Shown here in pieces: positions 51,335-64,000 of a DNA stretch of 64,000 nucleotides. Below the pieces are notes generated by a model, which saw only the letters and a program-made list of their open reading frames with translations, searched no databases and was not told the DNA's origin. The DNA comes from Callorhinchus milii. Its lineage: Eukaryota. The stretch is taken from assembly GCF_018977255.1 (NCBI RefSeq), contig NW_024704742.1, positions 129,644,001 through 129,708,000 of the forward strand. The letters run 5' to 3'. The position numbers were made by a program, and so were the translations under genes. Every line of letters begins with the position of its first letter. The first letter of the stretch is position 1.

Positions 51335-54300
51335 CTTGAGAGATTTGTTTTTAATGGGAAAAAAAAGTGAAAGTTAATTACATTCTTATTTTAAATTATC
51401 GCCTTTTGATCCAAATGTTTTTGCTCCTTCCTACCTTTCCAATCTCCTAATCCCCTACCACCCTGTTCGCTTCCTCCGCTCATGGGCTCCGGCCTGCTTC
51501 ACGCCCCCCACCTTGCTCGCCCCACTATTGGCAGGCGGGCCTTCTGCCACTCTGCACCCACCCTCTGGAACTCCATCCCACAGACTCTCTGCCTCACCCC
51601 CTCCCTCGCCACCTTCAGGACCCACCTCAAGACCCTCCTCTTCGACCGTGCTTTTGATCTCCCTGCTTCCCCCCTGCCCTCCAACCTCCTTCACCCCGAC
51701 CCCCAGCTCGGGTCCATAACTCTGTCTGTCCAGCACCTTGGGATGTCCTCCCGACGTGAAAGGCGCTTTACAAATGTTGTTGTTGTCCAACTGCATTGCA
51801 GACTTCTACACTGTGCACTTACTCTATGCATCTGCCGTTCAGGTCATTTATGAAAAGGATGAGAACTTTCAATAAAAGGTAACTCACACATTGGATCCAT
51901 CAGATAATGAAAGCCAATTTACTGGATAACTATACAGCACATTGAAACCAGGACCAATGTAAAACAACAACAAATGACATTTATATAGCGCCTTTCATGT
52001 GAGGAAGATGTCCCAAGGCGCTGGAGAGTCAGGGATCCACACCCGAGCTGGTGGCTGGGATCAGGAGAGGTGGAGGGCAGGGAAGATAGGGGTAGGAGTG
52101 TGACTGAAAGCGCTGTCGAAGAAGAGGGTCTTGAGAATGGTCTTGAAGGAGGCATGGGAGGGGGCGAGGCAGAGGGACTGTGAGATGGAGTTCCAGAACG
52201 GCAGATAGGCTGAATACTCGCCGGTCAATGGTGGAGCAGGCAAGACAGGGGACATGAAACAAACATTTTAAAAGGCCATTCCCAATTACAAGAAGTTATG
52301 TTACGTGAAGGGTGCCATATGATTGCAAGTTGTTGTACAAAAGTCCCCATGTTCACTCTCCAGTGGCTGAATTATTTCAACACTTCACACAAAGTTATCA
52401 TAAAATATTCTCACGATTCACCAACACTTAAATAAATAACCCTTGCACGTAAAACAACAGCCATACAATGAGACTGTAGAAAAAAAATCAGCAACGCTGA
52501 TTGCACTAGCAAAGGGGGTTCGCGACTTCAGTTATATTTGTACCACTTCATCAGCTCTTACTATCAAATGCGAGGTTTATTATTATTATCCTACCAACAT
52601 TGTTTCCACAAGTGAGAGTAAACCGTGAAACCTCATTGGCCTAGTGATTGGTGGACAAGTACTACAGCAATTCACACAGAGACACAGACACCACTGCAGA
52701 GCTGTTATTTTAACAGTTTCCATGTTACAGGCTGCTCTGTGTGAGATCAATGCGACTTAAAGCAGGAAGTGATAGTTTAAAGTGTCCCGAATAAGGCAAT
52801 GTGTCCACAGTGACAAACAACCTTAAAAAACAATCACCTTCAGGGCAGTTTTCTTTCAGATGCTTTCAATGCGATTCGGGGAGTAAATAATCAGAATAAA
52901 ACTCTGTATCCCCATCACACCAGTCCTTGCCAGGCTCCACTGGTTCCCAATTACTGAATGGAACGATTTCCAGATCCTCTCACTCGTTGTCAAATCCCTT
53001 CATGCCCTCGCCCCACCCTACCTATCCAACCTGCTTACCCCCCACTCCCAAATCGCTCAGCTTCGCTCAGCTGGCTAAGGCCTCGTGTTTGTCCCTCGTC
53101 CCCTCCACCACCAGTGACTGTGCCTTCAGCCACTACGCTCTGAAACTCTGGAACTCTCTCCCTCAATCCCTCCACCTTTCCACCTCCCTCCCCACTTTCA
53201 AATCCTGCCTAAGGACATTCCTTTTTGATTGTGCTTACGGTCATCTCCCCCTTCCCTCTCCCCCTGGCTCAGGGTCAGACTCCCCCACTGTCAAGCTCTC
53301 CAGGAAGCTACCGGTGTGAAGGGCGCTATATAAATGCAAGTTGTTGTATAATAATAATCCTTGCCTTTGGCAGAGCGCCTTTCACATCAGAAGGATGTCT
53401 CAAATAACTTCACATGATATACTGTAAAGTGCATTATCTGTGTGTTTTTGACAGCAGCCAATTTCACACACAGCAATTTTTCACAAACCTCCATGAATTG
53501 AATGCTTAATTCTATTTGGGGGGATGGTGGCCAGGACAGCGGGAGACCCTCCCTTCTCTTTTCGAATAGTGTTATGGGATCTTTAATGTCCACCTGAAGA
53601 AGCAGACGGGGTCTCGGTTTAACTCCCATTCCTTTGAACAGTTTCACACACCCTCTCTTCTGTTTGTCCACCACCTACATCCCCACTTTTCAGAAACTGA
53701 CCCAGTGGGAGGTGACCAGAAGCACGATCGAAGAGGAAGTTCTTCAGGCGGATTTGAAGATGGGAAAGGAGGGGACAAGGTGGAGGATTGAGGGAGAGTG
53801 TTCCAGAGTTTAGAAACAAAGTGCTTGACATAAGAGGTTAAAAAAACAAACCACCGCCTTCGGGATGATGAGGCTGTTAAAAGCACATCAACACTCATCA
53901 ACAACATCAAACTACATTTGTATAGTGCCTTGCACATTGGGAGGAAGTCCCAAAGTTCTGGACAGTCAGGAATTTGGACCCGAGTTGGACATTGGGATCA
54001 GGAGGGTGGAGGACGGGGAGGGTAGGGGTAGGAGGGTGACCAAAAGCCCAGTCTAAGAGGAAGGTTTTGAGATGGGCCTTGAAGGAGGCAAGGGAGGAAG
54101 CGAGGCGAAGGGACTGTGGGATGGAGTTCCAAAGGGTGGGGGCAGAGAAACTGAAGACCCGATAGCTGATGGTGGGGCGGGCTGGATGGAGGACGTGAGC
54201 AGAAGTCTGCTGAGCTCTCACTCACTCACTTTGCTTGTGAGATATTGCAACATAGATATCAAATATGTCAAAGTGTGGCCTGGGCCTATCAACAAAACTG

Positions 54301-55238
54301 AGCCAGCGTGCAGGAGACAGGCTGATAGAAATGTGACGTTACTACATAAAATAATAGCCAATACTGTGGATATGATTTTAGGAATGTGCCCTTTACCCTA
54401 TTGAGCCTGGTTTGAAATCACAGTAGACCACTTTAAACCTCAATTCTTTGTTTGCTGTGCACAAGTGGCTGCCATGTTTCGCCCACAAAATATACAGTCA
54501 ATTCACTTTACAGTATATTCTGTGAAGCACTTTGAGACGTCTCAAAGATGTGATAAGGCGCTATATCAAATACAATTATAATTATTAGTAGTAGTTTTTT
54601 TCCTTACACCTGTTAGGGCAGGTGATGGATTTCACACCACAAGTTAAAAATGAAAGGCGGGTGGGCAGGCATTTATTTACTGACGTGAAATAATACTAAT
54701 CCTTGCATTTGGTATAGCGCTTTTCATGTTAGAACTGGGGCATGTTGGAAGGAGAGGCTTTTAAGGGCTAACAGAGAGGGGGAGGAAGGGCAAAGAAGAC
54801 AAAGGAGAAAATGGGGTAGAGGACAGGGGATGATGAGTTAAAGAGATGTTAACGATGCAACAAAGGGGGGGATTGCAACAAAGCAGGGGAAATAGAGGTG
54901 TTAATAATAATAATCCTTGCATTTGATATGGTGCTTTTCATGTCTTCTCGACGTCTCAAAGTGCTTCACAGAATATACTGTAAAGTGAACTGACTGTATA
55001 TTTGTGGGCGAAATGCAGCAGCCAATTGCGCACAACAGTGTCCCACAAACAGTCGTGGATTGAAGTGATCAATTTATTTTTTTTCTTGAGGGACTATTAT
55101 CAGGAGTGTGGAGTAAGGAAACTTGCCCAAGTTTTCACCCTGCCGGGAATTGAACCCAGATCTCTTGCTTGCGAGGCGAGTGCTCTAACCACTGAGCTAG
55201 AGGACTCCATAGCGTAAAGGTTGAATGGAAGAACTTAC

Positions 55239-55328
55239 CTGAAAGTCAAAGTGTATCCTTCCCTGCTGCCACTGACACGAATGAGGAAGCAGCCAAATAG
55301 TTGATTTGCCAACAAATCTTCAGCTTCC
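55239..55328 (-). CDS. Myosin exon: SH2 core (EAEDLLANQLFGCFLIRVSGSREGYTLTFS)
   Basis: GxFLIRxS phosphotyrosine-binding signature. Boundaries tacag and gtaagt. Confidence 0.94.
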
Positions 55329-55599
55329 CTGTAAACAAAAGCAACATAAAAGCCTATTGTAATCTGGAGGCACAGCTTGCAATAAGGCAGGAAAACAGCT
55401 CTGATCTAAGGAGACGTAGGAAAGGGGAAGATTTAGAAACAGTGTCCATTAACCTCACCTATTCAGCTCCTACACAACCTGCCCTCCTTACAAAGCACTT
55501 ACGCAGTGTTGGGTAATGAAACAGACTATTCAGCCCAACTGCACAATCACTGCATTTTACAGTGTGAAGTCTTCTGAAAGACTTTAAGATTTTATTATC

Positions 55600-57695
55600 A
55601 GAAGATAATCAAATGGAATATAGAAAGTACAGAGGAGAAATGAAAAAGCAAATAATAGGGGCAAAGAGATTGTATGAGAAAAGATTAGGGGTAACAAAAA
55701 AGGGAACCCTAAGGTATTTTATAAGCCTATAAAGAATAAAAGCTTAGTCAAAGGTAGGGTGGAGCCAATCAAGGACCAAAAGGAAATCTTTTTGTGGAGG
55801 CAGAGGGCATGGCTTATGTACTGAATGAATATTTTGCATCTGTCTTCACAAAAGAAGAGCATGCAGCCAATGCCACAGTATCAGAGGAGAGGGTAGAGAA
55901 ATTGGATACGATAAGAATAAACTGAGAGGAGGTACTAAAAAGGTTGTCAGTGCTCAAGGTAAATAAGTCACTCGGTCTGAACTGGATGCATCCTAGGTTA
56001 CTGAGGTAAGTAATGGTGGAAATAGAGGAGGTTCTGGCCACCATCTTTCAATCTTCCTTGGACACCAAGGTAGTGCAGAGGACTGGAGAGTTGCAAATGT
56101 TACTCCCCTGTACAAAAAGGGGCAGAAGGATAAACCTGGGAACTACAGGCCAGTCAGCCTAACATCAGTAGTGCGGAAACTTCTAGAGACTCTAATCCGA
56201 GACAGAATAAATTTTCATTTAGAAAGATATATGGGTTAATAAAGGACAGCCAACACGGATTTGTTAAAAGCAAATCATATCTAACAAATATGATAGAGAT
56301 TTTTGATGAAGTAACGGAGAGGGTGGATGAAGGTAGTGCAGTTGATGTAGTTTATGTGGATTTTCAAAAGGCGTTTGATAAAATGCCACATACGAGACTT
56401 GTAAGCAAAATAGAAGCCCTTGGTATTAAAGGGACAGTGGCAGCATGGATACAGAACTGGCTGGGAGACAGAAAGCAAAGAGTGGTGGTGAACAGTTGTT
56501 TTTCTGACTGGAAGGAAGTGTGCAGTGGTGTCCCCCAGGGATCGGTATTGGGACCACTGCTGTTTTTGATCTATATAACTGACCTGAACTTGGGTATAGG
56601 GAGTACAATTTCCAAGTTTGCAGATGACACTAAGCTAGGAAAACAGTGAGGAGGATAGTAACAGACTGCAAATGGACAGACTGGTGAAATGGGCAGACAG
56701 GTGGCAGATAAGGTTTAATGTGGAGAAATGCGAAGTGATGCATTTTGGGAGGAAGAATGAGGAGAGGCCATATAAGCTGATGGTACAATCTTAAAGTGGG
56801 TGAAGGAACAGAGAGACCTGGGGGTTCATATAAGTAAATCGTTGAAGCTTATAAAACACTGGTTAGGCCTCAGCGAGAGACTGTGTTCAGTTCTGGGCAC
56901 CACACTTTAAGAAGGATGTCAAGGCATTGGAGATTTACCAGGATGGTACCAGGAATGAGGGACTTCAGTTATCAGGAGAGGCTAGAGAAGCGAGAATTAT
57001 ACTCCTTGGAGCAGAGAAGGTTGAGAGGAGACTTAATAGAAGTTTTCAAAATTATGAGGGGATTCGATAGGGTGAACAAGGAGAAACTATGGGTGGGTCG
57101 GTAACCCTGGAACACCGATTTAAAATAGTTGTTAAAAGAAACAGAGGGGTGGTGAGGAGAATTTTTTTCAACAACAACTTAGATTTATATAGCGCCCTCC
57201 ACGCCGGACGGCGTCTCAGAGCGCTTTACAGCAACGGATCCTGAGACCGAGCCGGGGGGGGGGAAGATAACCAAAGGCGCAGTCGAAAAGAAAGGTCTTC
57301 AGCAGAGACCTGAAAATAGGAAGGGACGGAGTGAGGCGAAGGGAGAAAGCAAGGGAGTTCCAGAGCCTCTGGGCATAGTGGCTGAAGACACGGCCGCCGA
57401 GGGTGGAGCAGAGGATTCAGGGGACGAGGAGGAACAAAGGCAACGGATACTGTTTTGAGGAGAGAGGAGGTCAGAGAGTTTCACACAGCAAGTTGTTTGG
57501 ATCTGGAATGCATTGCCTGAAAGGGTGGTGGAAGCCGATTCGATAACAACTTTTAGGAGAGAAGTAGATAATTATTTGGGGAGAACAAGGTTGCAGGGCT
57601 CTGGGGTGAGTGCGGGGGAGTGGGAATCAATTGGATAGCTCTTTCCAAAGAGCCGGCACAGACATGATTGGCCGAATGGCTGTATAATTCTATGA
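55600..57695 (+). mobile_element. Degenerate CR1-type LINE (ORF2 RT region to 3' end) in a myosin intron, with a nested antisense L2 fragment at ~57170-57480
   Basis: [36 protein letters not shown] and KFADDTKL motifs with frameshifts. Confidence 0.92.
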
Positions 57696-58691
57696 ACTTC
57701 CAATGTGAAAGGCGATTATATCAAATGCAATGATTATCATTAATAATAATAATATTATGTATAATAATTAATCCATGTTGATATTTATGCTCCACGTGAC
57801 TTCACACCTCATATTCCCCCCCACCTACACCCACTCAGCCACCTCTGAATAAGTGCCTGGGAACAAGCCAATAGCCAACCTTAAATTATGATGTGAATAG
57901 TAATGGAGGAAGGGGGTGAGGGGGAGAGAGGAAAGAGAGGATAACAGAGAACCCAAGAACAAAACAACAGCAATGAAATTACATTTGTATAGCGCCTTTC
58001 GCTTTGAGAGGATGTCCCAAGGCACTGGACAACAACAACTTGTGTGGAGAGAGGCGGAGGATCAAAGAAAGGTGAGGGTAAAAATGTGAAACACGAATAA
58101 AACATAGATTAATACCCTCAACCATTTTAGAGTCGGGTTTTAAACTCAGATTAGAAAGATAATATTAATAATATTAATTAATAATATTTCTAAGTCTACC
58201 AAGACCTACACAGGATCAAGCTCTCCAGGACACTGCCCCACAAAAAGGGTGCTATATAAACACAAGTTGCTGTTGTTGAAGTGTAGCAACCTGTGTATTT
58301 TTGTGGGCAAAGGCGGTAGCCAATTTGCACAGCAATGTCCTGCCACGAAGTGAACGAACAATAATATGTGGTGGTGTTGGGTTTGTGGATGTCCTCCCGA
58401 CGTGAAAGGCGCTGTAAGATACAATTTGTTATTGTTGTTGTGGAGTTTGGTGTGGGAGAGGACAGGGTTCTGGATGGTCCGAAGCTTATGTAGGGAGGAG
58501 CTTAGGACTACACCAAGAATGACAACCACTTTGGGGTGGGGATTGGGGAGAAGAAAGAGGTTGACACTAGAGACCTGTTGATGGCAATGGAATCTCGCAT
58601 AATGAAAATCAAAGCTGCTCGAGAGAGAGGAGCTGGGGAGAAACCTGAAATAAAAAACACACACAGACACTGGAATTAAAACCAGGCTCAC

Positions 58692-58879
58692 CGCCTTGTA
58701 ATCATCCCATGGAACCAGGAGGGAAAAGTGCCGTTCTGAACGACTTTGCGAGCCTGAGTCTCGTTGAACCATCGAATCGTAGCTCTCTTCTTCAGAACAC
58801 GCTGCTCCTCGACCTCCTGCAGGCTGACCTGTGACAAACTACTGGCTATGTGGTCCCGCGGGTTGTCAAAGGGAGTTGC
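58692..58879 (-). CDS. Myosin exon: pre-SH2 helix and SH2 start (ATPFDNPR...IRWFNETQARKVVQNGTFPSWFHGMITRR)
   Basis: WFHGxIxR SH2 start, preceded by the WFxETQ motif seen in the SH2D7/HSH2D/SH2D2A-type SH2 subfamily. Boundaries ttcag and gtgagc. Confidence 0.93.
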
Positions 58880-61031
58880 CTGAAGGAAATAAACAGCGAA
58901 TTGTAGCAAACACGAAGGTCCCTCTGGCTGTGCGTTCAGTACAATTTACGTTTATGTAATGCTTATCCATCCCCGAATCCCTCCGCTTCGTCCCCTCCCT
59001 CACCTCCCTCAAGGCCTGTGTAAAGACCTTCCTCTTCCACCGTGCCTTCAGCCACCCCCACCACCCCTACCGATTATCCCCTCTTGATTCCAACCCCCAG
59101 CTTAGGGTGCAAACCTTTAACTGTCCAGCACCTTGGGTTGTCCTACAGCTGCTGTACAAATATATTTTGTTGTTGTTTTGTTTCCTGCTGTGAAGATGTT
59201 TCAAAACACTGGCTGGGAATAATGTGAGACCCCTGGAGGTGGGGGGGCCACAGTGGGGTAAAAAGATGACCAAAAACATGGTCAAAGACGCAAATCTTAG
59301 GCTGGCTTTGAAAGTGTGCGTGTGTAAGGGGGAGTGCGGGGGTGGGGGATGATTGGGGGCAAGTTGGAGGGCTTCCCAAAGAGTGACGGCAGAATGGCTG
59401 AACTCTAGCCCATCCACCATTGGGCGTATCGAGCGGGGGTAATGAAGCTGACCAGTGTTTGTTGAGTGCAGGGAGTGGCCGGGTCAGTGGGGTGACAGGA
59501 GGTGGCAGAACTGGATGAGGGCGAGGCCTTGGAGGGAATCTGAGGGTGAAATTAAAGGCGTGTTGAAAACAGGATTTTCTCATTACAAAACCATCACTAT
59601 GTCTGAGGAAGAAATGTGACAGCTGGGGGTGAGGCAGTCAGGCAACTCTCCATTTATACAGTACCTTTCCCCATGGAAACCCCTTTCACATCTTTAAGCA
59701 CTTTTACAGAATGATTTTAAATTAACGGAGTTAGGAAAAGTCAACAGTGGGGGTAGGAAGTGACCATCTGGGACTGGTTTGCTCAGCTTTGCTAAATCAC
59801 AGGTGCCTGGTTTGTTTTGTTTTAAAACAGCCGCAGGAAAAGTGACGTTAGTAGTTGAAGCAACATTAGAAGATTCCTGTGGGCTGAGGTCAGAACACAG
59901 CCTCGGGACAGCCTTTGCACTGACTTACACAGCTGCTGAAGGCATAAAAGTGACTGAATGATTTCAACAACCGAGGTTGCTCAATTCTCTAGTGATTCCA
60001 GCTCTTTCCTCTTCCTGATGTGACCGCATCAACTCTCGGCCACTCACAACATTGAGGCGGGTGGGCTTTAGCAAGGCTAGAAACCCAGGGACTCGCAAGG
60101 TCACAATGCTTGCACAGTGGAGGGACTTAGAAAAACACTCAGATTAAAACCAGCCACGGTTTAGATCCAACTGGGCTGAAAGGTCACTGTCTGGATCACA
60201 GAAAGGTGAGTTTTAAAGCAGGGCTTTTTCCATTACAAGTCTGGAAAAGTTTAACAGCGACCAGGCAGCTGCTATTAATACAGCACCCTTCCCATGAAAG
60301 AAACCTCTTAATACAGCGCTTTAGAGAATGAGATTAATTGGGAATCAGATGCACGAGTGGCCAGATTTTACAAATTCTTAAATGCAGCCCTAACAGAGAA
60401 AATTCCCCATCATGCAAGTACTAGATCTCCTTCCCTCTCTTTTCCCACCCTCCATAGAAACCTATAATAATAATAATCCTTGCATTTGATATAGCGCTTG
60501 AGATGTCTCAAAGCGCTTCACAGAATATATTGTAAAGTGTATTTTGTGGACAAAACGCGGCAGCCAATTGTGCACAGCAGTGTCCCACAAACAGTCATGG
60601 ATTGACTGACCACATTTTTTTGTAGAAGGATTACTAACTACGTAAAAGCAATCTGCAAATCGACTAATAACCGGGTTCCTACTTACTGTTAGGTAAACAG
60701 AGGTGTGTGGAGTAAGTAAACTTGTTTAAGATTTGGCCCTGCCCAGGAATCAAACCTGGGTGCTCTCGCTTGCTTCTATAACACAGAAGGAGACCTTTCA
60801 GTCCATCGTCCCTGTGCTGGATCTTTTAAGAGCAATTCTTACAGACCCATTTACCTGCCCTTTCCCTCTGCCCCCGTAGTAGAACACTCACCACCACACA
60901 AGCTGTAACCCTCCCCACGACCACACAGGACTGAGAAGCTAAAGGACAGGATAATTAGATATTTAAGTGTGGAGAGAACGGACTTTTTTTTTGTTAAAGA
61001 CACAACAAATGGATTAGGAAAAGATACGCAC

Positions 61032-61162
61032 CTCCAATAACTTACTCCGGGGTCTGGGAACCGGAGGCTGCACCTCCGTGCGGAACTTGTCCACTGCTAG
61101 AGAACGAGGTCGAGGCTGGGGCTTCCTTTTTCTTGGAAGGGGAACTGGAGGAGTCACTGGAC
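61032..61162 (-). CDS. Myosin exon: proline-rich linker (PVTPPVPLPRKRKPQPRPRS...PPVPRPRSKLLE)
   Basis: Acceptor tgcag and donor gtgcgt, phase 1 to 0, open frame. Confidence 0.82.
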
Positions 61163-61378
61163 CTGCAACAGAACAAACGTTTGAAAAAGTATCAGCCGAG
61201 TGTCAGCCTGGCTCAGCCAGTCAAACTCTGGCCTTCGAGTCAGACAGTTGTGGGTTTGTTACCATCACAGTTTGGTTTGTTGCAACCGTTTGATTAGTCA
61301 ACAACTGGATCAATAACATCCGCGCCTTGTGTGAGAGAGATAGAGAGAGAGATGGTAAAGATGACTGGGATCACCTAC

Positions 61379-61537
61379 TTTCATTTTCCAATTCCGTTTC
61401 CATTTCCTGTTTCCTCTTCCTCTCCATTTCCTGTTCTAATTCAACCTGTCGTTTTTCTTCCTCCTGCCTCTCCAGCTGCCGCCGCATCTCAGCCACCAAG
61501 GCTCTGTACTTGCTCTGGCAGCGATATTGTTTATAGG
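61379..61537 (-). CDS. Myosin exon: rest of IQ motif and E/K/R-rich helix (TYKQYRCQSKYRALVAEMRRQLERQEEEKRQ...ENE)
   Basis: Completes the IQ-like IQKTYKQYRCQSKY, followed by a charged helical stretch. The donor gtaggt was chosen because its phase fits the next exon. Confidence 0.88.
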
Positions 61538-62557
61538 CTGAAAAATACACAGACACAAATACACAAGAGATGGTCAAATAGACCAATTCCATCCTACCAA
61601 AAGGTTAATTTTTGCATGGTTGATAGTTTTAGATGTTCGATGCAACAACTTGGTAGTACTCTTGCCTCTGGGTTTAAGGTTGTGTTCAATGACAGGGGTT
61701 TTGAGCTCACCAGTCCAGGCTGTTAATCCAGTACAGTACTGGGGGAGTGCTACATTTTCAGATGAGGTGTTAAACCCATGACTGATTCCAAAAGGGAAAG
61801 TCAGTCCTAGGCAACAATCATCCAGATAAATAGCTCATTCGTTCTATGGCTGTTTGTGAGACTTTGCTATGTGCAAACTGGCTGCCACACCTGGTAATAA
61901 TCCTTGCATTTGATTTTTTATCACATTGAAACTTCTCAAAGATCTTCAGTTTTTATTCCCCTGCAAAGTCCATTGACTGTGTATGTGTAAGCAAAGGTGG
62001 AGTCGGTTTGTACACAGCAGTTTTCCACAAACAGCCACAAAATGAATGATTTGTGTTTATTTAGGGAATGTTTGACAAAATTGATGTCCAGTGGCAATCG
62101 TGGATGTCAGGACACAGGCTGTCAACCAACCACCCCACCCTCACCATGACTGCAAGTATTTGAGATATTAAAGAGGAGAGAAAATACAATTCCATTTAAA
62201 TTTATACAGCACCTTTCACATTGGAAGGATGTCTCAAGTCTCTTCACAGTGCTGGATGGGCATCAGAGCTGAGGGTGGGAGCCGAGGGGAGGGGAAAGGG
62301 TGATCAAGGAGATAAATTTCGAGATGTGCCTTGAAATAGGGGATGGTGCGAGCGAATCAGAGGGACTCCAGGACGGAGTTCCACAGGACAGGGCAAAATG
62401 GCTGAAAGCCCGGATATTGGTGGTGGGGCAGGTAGGGCAGGGTTATGGTGGGGACATGAAGCAAGCCAAATAGCAAAATGCCCTCAAAACACACAAAATC
62501 TAGTGAACCAGACCCATAGAGCAAGTAGAATAATCATGACCAATTGTTGGCACTCAC

Positions 62558-62649
62558 TTTTCTGGATGATTATTGCAGCCTTATCAAGCCTTTCTATGCA
62601 CTTTGCCAATTGATCTTGATGCCAATATTTAAAGAACAGGCGAGTCTTT
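62558..62649 (-). CDS. Myosin exon: end of motor and start of IQ motif (KTRLFFKYWHQDQLAKCIERLDKAAIIIQK)
   Basis: GKTxxFxKYWH converter signature plus AAIIIQK. Boundaries cacag and gtgagt. Confidence 0.93.
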
Positions 62650-63243
62650 CTGTGAGGGAAAAAATGAACAGATCAGTTCACTTAAACGTCAATGGTAATA
62701 AAGTTGTGAATCAACCAGTTGTTAATCCTAGGTCCCACTAAATTTAGACAGCAGTATTGTAAACTCCCAGCAACGGCAGATGGTAGTTGGTAGTTCTAAC
62801 ACTGCATTATGTTAGAATGCATTGGCTAACCTTACACTATAAAAGATGCACAATACACAGTGAACAATGAGATTTTACAGACCAATACCCCAGTGAATTA
62901 AACACTCTGCGACATTTGACCCTCTTGGTCTCAAACGATTAGCAAAGTTCCCTGCACCGCTATCATTTATTTCTACAGTAATCTGGACAGTATTTTGCTT
63001 GGGTATGTACCAACAGACTGTGGACAACAACAATAAAACAATTGTCATTAGGAAAGTATCTATTGCATATTTGGCACAAGACAAGAGCCAGCTCTAAAGG
63101 AAAAGGAAACAAAGAGACTTAATCTTAATTATGCAAGTCCACTGCTGATATAACGAAGTCAAAATGAAATGTGCACAAATCTTGACTGCACGTCACTCAC
63201 TACTGGTCTCAGTAATACTAGCCCTGGATCCATTTTGACTTAC

Positions 63244-63291
63244 CCACACTTCCAGTCCTTCAGGTCTGTGGTTTGGAGAAGAGCTAGGCAA
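63244..63291 (-). CDS. Class XXVIII-type (SH2-tail) myosin, motor/converter exon (CLALLQTTDLKDWKCG)
   Basis: Boundaries cgtag and gtaagt. It joins the next exon to give WKCGKTRLFFK, the myosin converter GKTKVF motif. The rest of the motor domain lies beyond the window. Confidence 0.85.
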
Positions 63292-64000
63292 CTACGAAAA
63301 ACAGAGAAGGATAATCTTAATTACACGCGTCAGCAGTGAACACTGCATTTCTTCAGAGACTAAAGTGCATTTTGTGTTCATTTTGTGCTAATTTCCCTTT
63401 TAAAGTCTTACAAGTAATTTCTCCTTTAGAAAAAAAACACATGGGACATTACCACAAAACAAAATGTGCTCATATGAGCAATTTTAATCCAAATAGGACT
63501 GCAGTTTGAGGAGTTAAAAGTTGATGGCTAGTGCAAATGATTCCATTTAGTTGCGGAAACTGGCATTGGAAGTCATATTCAGGCTGTGCTGATGCAAGTA
63601 AATGTTTATCAGGCCAGAGAATGCAAACTAAATTCCAACTCAGGTGCCTAAGGCATAGGATAACACATCAACTTTACAACAATCTCTGCTGCAATGGGAG
63701 ACACAGTGCACCACAAGGTAGAAACTAAATGGACTGTATTTTGAGAGAACAAATCAATGGAGGAATGGTAGAACAAAGAGAAAAAGTGAAAGAGGAGAAA
63801 AATGCTGTTGTTCAAAAATAACCTTTAATGTTCAAAAGCAAACTTATTTTCGATTCTACTTTTTGAAAAAATATTCAATGGCTCCATGTAAAAAGGAGCT
63901 GTGCATCCGATTACTGCTTTGTTTAGTTTAGGAGGCTTACAGCTCACATCACACTTGTAAATCTTATTTCATTAAATCATTTTTTTTAAAAAAAAATTTA

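Noticed and set aside
51169..58879. Stand-alone SH2D7/HSH2D-type adaptor gene
   Set aside because: Upstream exons in continuous phase encode an IQ motif and the myosin converter, so the SH2 belongs to a myosin tail.

Overview
Vertebrate genomic DNA with split genes, most likely a cartilaginous fish (inferred from the repeat content: Deu-domain tRNA-SINEs, L2 3' ends and CR1 LINEs). By manual exon reconstruction I can support four genes. (1) A complete 6-coding-exon EGF-CFC (Cripto/Cryptic/oep-type Nodal co-receptor) gene, + strand, 13326-20129, 200 aa. (2) A complete 8-exon RGP1 gene, + strand, 26981-38248, 387 aa. It has a GC-rich promoter, a minisatellite upstream and a ~2.5 kb GA-rich repeat at the start of intron 1. 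(3) Two exons of an MSMP-like gene, - strand, 41996-43090, with atypical splice sites and no first exon found, so it may be decaying. (4) The last 9 coding exons of an unconventional myosin, - strand, 47338-63291, with a converter-IQ-charged helix-SH2 tail, the architecture of class XXVIII myosin. The most unusual non-genic structure is a large, SINE-interrupted inverted duplication (arms ~2133-7856 and ~21697-23594) that brackets the EGF-CFC gene. It has near-identical cores carrying TATA boxes that point toward each other. Most entries in the supplied ORF track are repeat-derived or low-complexity artefacts. All alignments were made by eye and no database searches were run.
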